Assembly (NCBI GenBank): GCA_010015805.1
Contig: ML978126.1
Span: 310,001-374,000, forward strand
Length of the DNA: 64,000 nt
Direction of reading: 5' to 3'
Origin: Rhizodiscina lignyota
Lineage: Eukaryota
Shown: positions 62,812 through 64,000 of the stretch, one piece after another
Numbering within the stretch: position 1 is the first letter of the stretch
Layout: each line of letters opens with the position of its first letter
Program-made: the position numbers and the translations under genes
The notes under the pieces: model-generated
Seen by the model: the letters and a program-made list of their open reading frames with translations, nothing else
Databases searched by the model: none
Told to the model about the DNA's origin: nothing

Positions 62812-64000
62812 CTAGATGATATTAAATGTCTGTGTCCAATCAGGCAAATCCCAGGGAAATAACGAACGCGGATAATCCTCCAGGGTTCTATCAGTATCTG
62901 AAAATCGTCCAACTCGTCGAAATTTGGATGGCTGACCATCAACAAGTTGTAAAATCAGTCCGGTATCAGTAAGTCTACGGTAATAATCCGTGCTCCTCGT
63001 GACTAGCAAAAGGTATACATCCTGCAGATCAACGGACGGATCATCGAGGGACCAATCATGATCGCAGTGATAGATCATAGAACTCTGTTCCGCCATAGAG
63101 TCTATATCCTCCGTAACAGGCCTGCAATTTTCTCCAGGGCGCTCTGACCACAGAATTTGTCGGGCAGGCCCCCTCACATGAAGATGCGCCCCTGGCAATG
63201 CTCGTCCGTTAGATCTCGCTGATACAGACACTTCTAGCACTGTGAGTTTGATTTTAAAGAACTCACGGGGGTAGGAGTGCGAAATCGCACCGTCTACGGC
63301 AGCCCATGACCAAGATGGTGCAATGTAGTCTCTCTTATTACCGTCGTTTCTAGGAGCTTTAATTCCAACCGTGTACCATAGAAGGTCGAGAGGAAGGATT
63401 TCTTTCCACAGTCCGGCAACAGGGGTAAGGCCAGAGTTCAATTGTAATTCTTTGATAATGCCGTTAAGAGCCACCAGTCTGTCTTCCGGGAATTTGAGTA
63501 GACACTTGGAGTAGATTTTGAGCGTATAAGCCCATGCGACATGAAATGATCGAAGCTCCTGTGATATCGGAAAGCCGAGGGATGGACTGAAATGATGTCT
63601 GAGAGTGGAGAGAGTATTCTTGAGCCTCAGGCCATATCCAATACCTTCTTCTGCGGTACATTCATAGTGCTGTAAACACTCCCACTCTATCCCAGTTGAT
63701 CTGAAATGCAGCGTTCGGGGTGACAGTCCACGTTCTTGAACTACCCAGCCTCGAGTTGACAGCGGCCCTTCCGCAATAGAATGACGTCTCCTACTCTCGA
63801 TGACGATCTGATGCCTCTCAGTACCTCCCAAATGACAAGTTTCATAGAGCAACGGGTTCCTGGTGAAGAAACATCCTCCTCCGCTGTCCTTTGAAGCCGT
63901 CGCCGCAATATTGCAGGTGCCTCCTTGATATATGTCTCCCATAACTGCTGACTGGTCTTCCCAGTCTTGTGGAGAGTCTTGGACGATACATAACGAATCA
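62812..64000 (-). CDS. Heterokaryon incompatibility (HET) domain protein, 5' partial
   Basis: DSLCIVQD...DW...MGDIY....NIAA and PLSTRGWVVQER.LSPRTLHF, followed by YS...L.FPEDRLVAL.G, AGLW...DLLW and YIAPSWSWA. Confidence 0.92.
   Translation of the reverse strand, partial: DSLCIVQDSPQDWEDQSAVMGDIYQGGTCNIAATASKDSGGGCFFTRNPLLYETCHLGGTERHQIVIESRRRHSIAEGPLSTRGWVVQERGLSPRTLHFRSTGIEWECLQHYECTAEEGIGYGLRLKNTLSTLRHHFSPSLGFPISQELRSFHVAWAYTLKIYSKCLLKFPEDRLVALNGIIKELQLNSGLTPVAGLWKEILPLDLLWYTVGIKAPRNDGNKRDYIAPSWSWAAVDGAISHSYPREFFKIKLTVLEVSVSARSNGRALPGAHLHVRGPARQILWSERPGENCRPVTEDIDSMAEQSSMIYHCDHDWSLDDPSVDLQDVYLLLVTRSTDYYRRLTDTGLILQLVDGQPSKFRRVGRFSDTDRTLEDYPRSLFPWDLPDWTQTFNII

Overview
Eukaryotic, intron-containing DNA from a filamentous ascomycete (Pezizomycotina; GT-AG introns mostly about 50-60 nt with CTRAY branch sites). 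I can support about 25 protein-coding genes. They include an HMG-box protein (5' partial), a DUF3074-like protein, a GT23/FUT8-like fucosyltransferase-type protein, a KipA/Kip2-type kinesin, Kin28/CDK7, Fyv4/mS41, a SAM methyltransferase, a kappa-class GST, a GliK-like gamma-glutamylcyclotransferase, a LYAR zinc-finger protein and a CVNH lectin. Also present are SRP receptor beta, V-ATPase subunit F, an NPC2/ML lipid-transfer protein, an RlpA/expansin-like protein, an RBR E3 ligase, a small dsRBD-like protein, an NDT80-family transcription factor and a HET-domain protein (5' partial). A catechol O-methyltransferase gene carries two in-frame stops and is probably a pseudogene. Two non-coding elements stand out. 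The first is a ~140-nt GC-rich island at 25324-25464 whose pairings map onto the HDV-like ribozyme double pseudoknot, but with G at the catalytic-C position; it is flanked by Pol III A-box/B-box-like motifs and a T-run. The second is a degenerate 220-bp-period tandem array at ~28960-29630 whose units carry ~23-26-bp hairpins. All calls were made by eye from motifs; no database search was run, and exon boundaries are manual.
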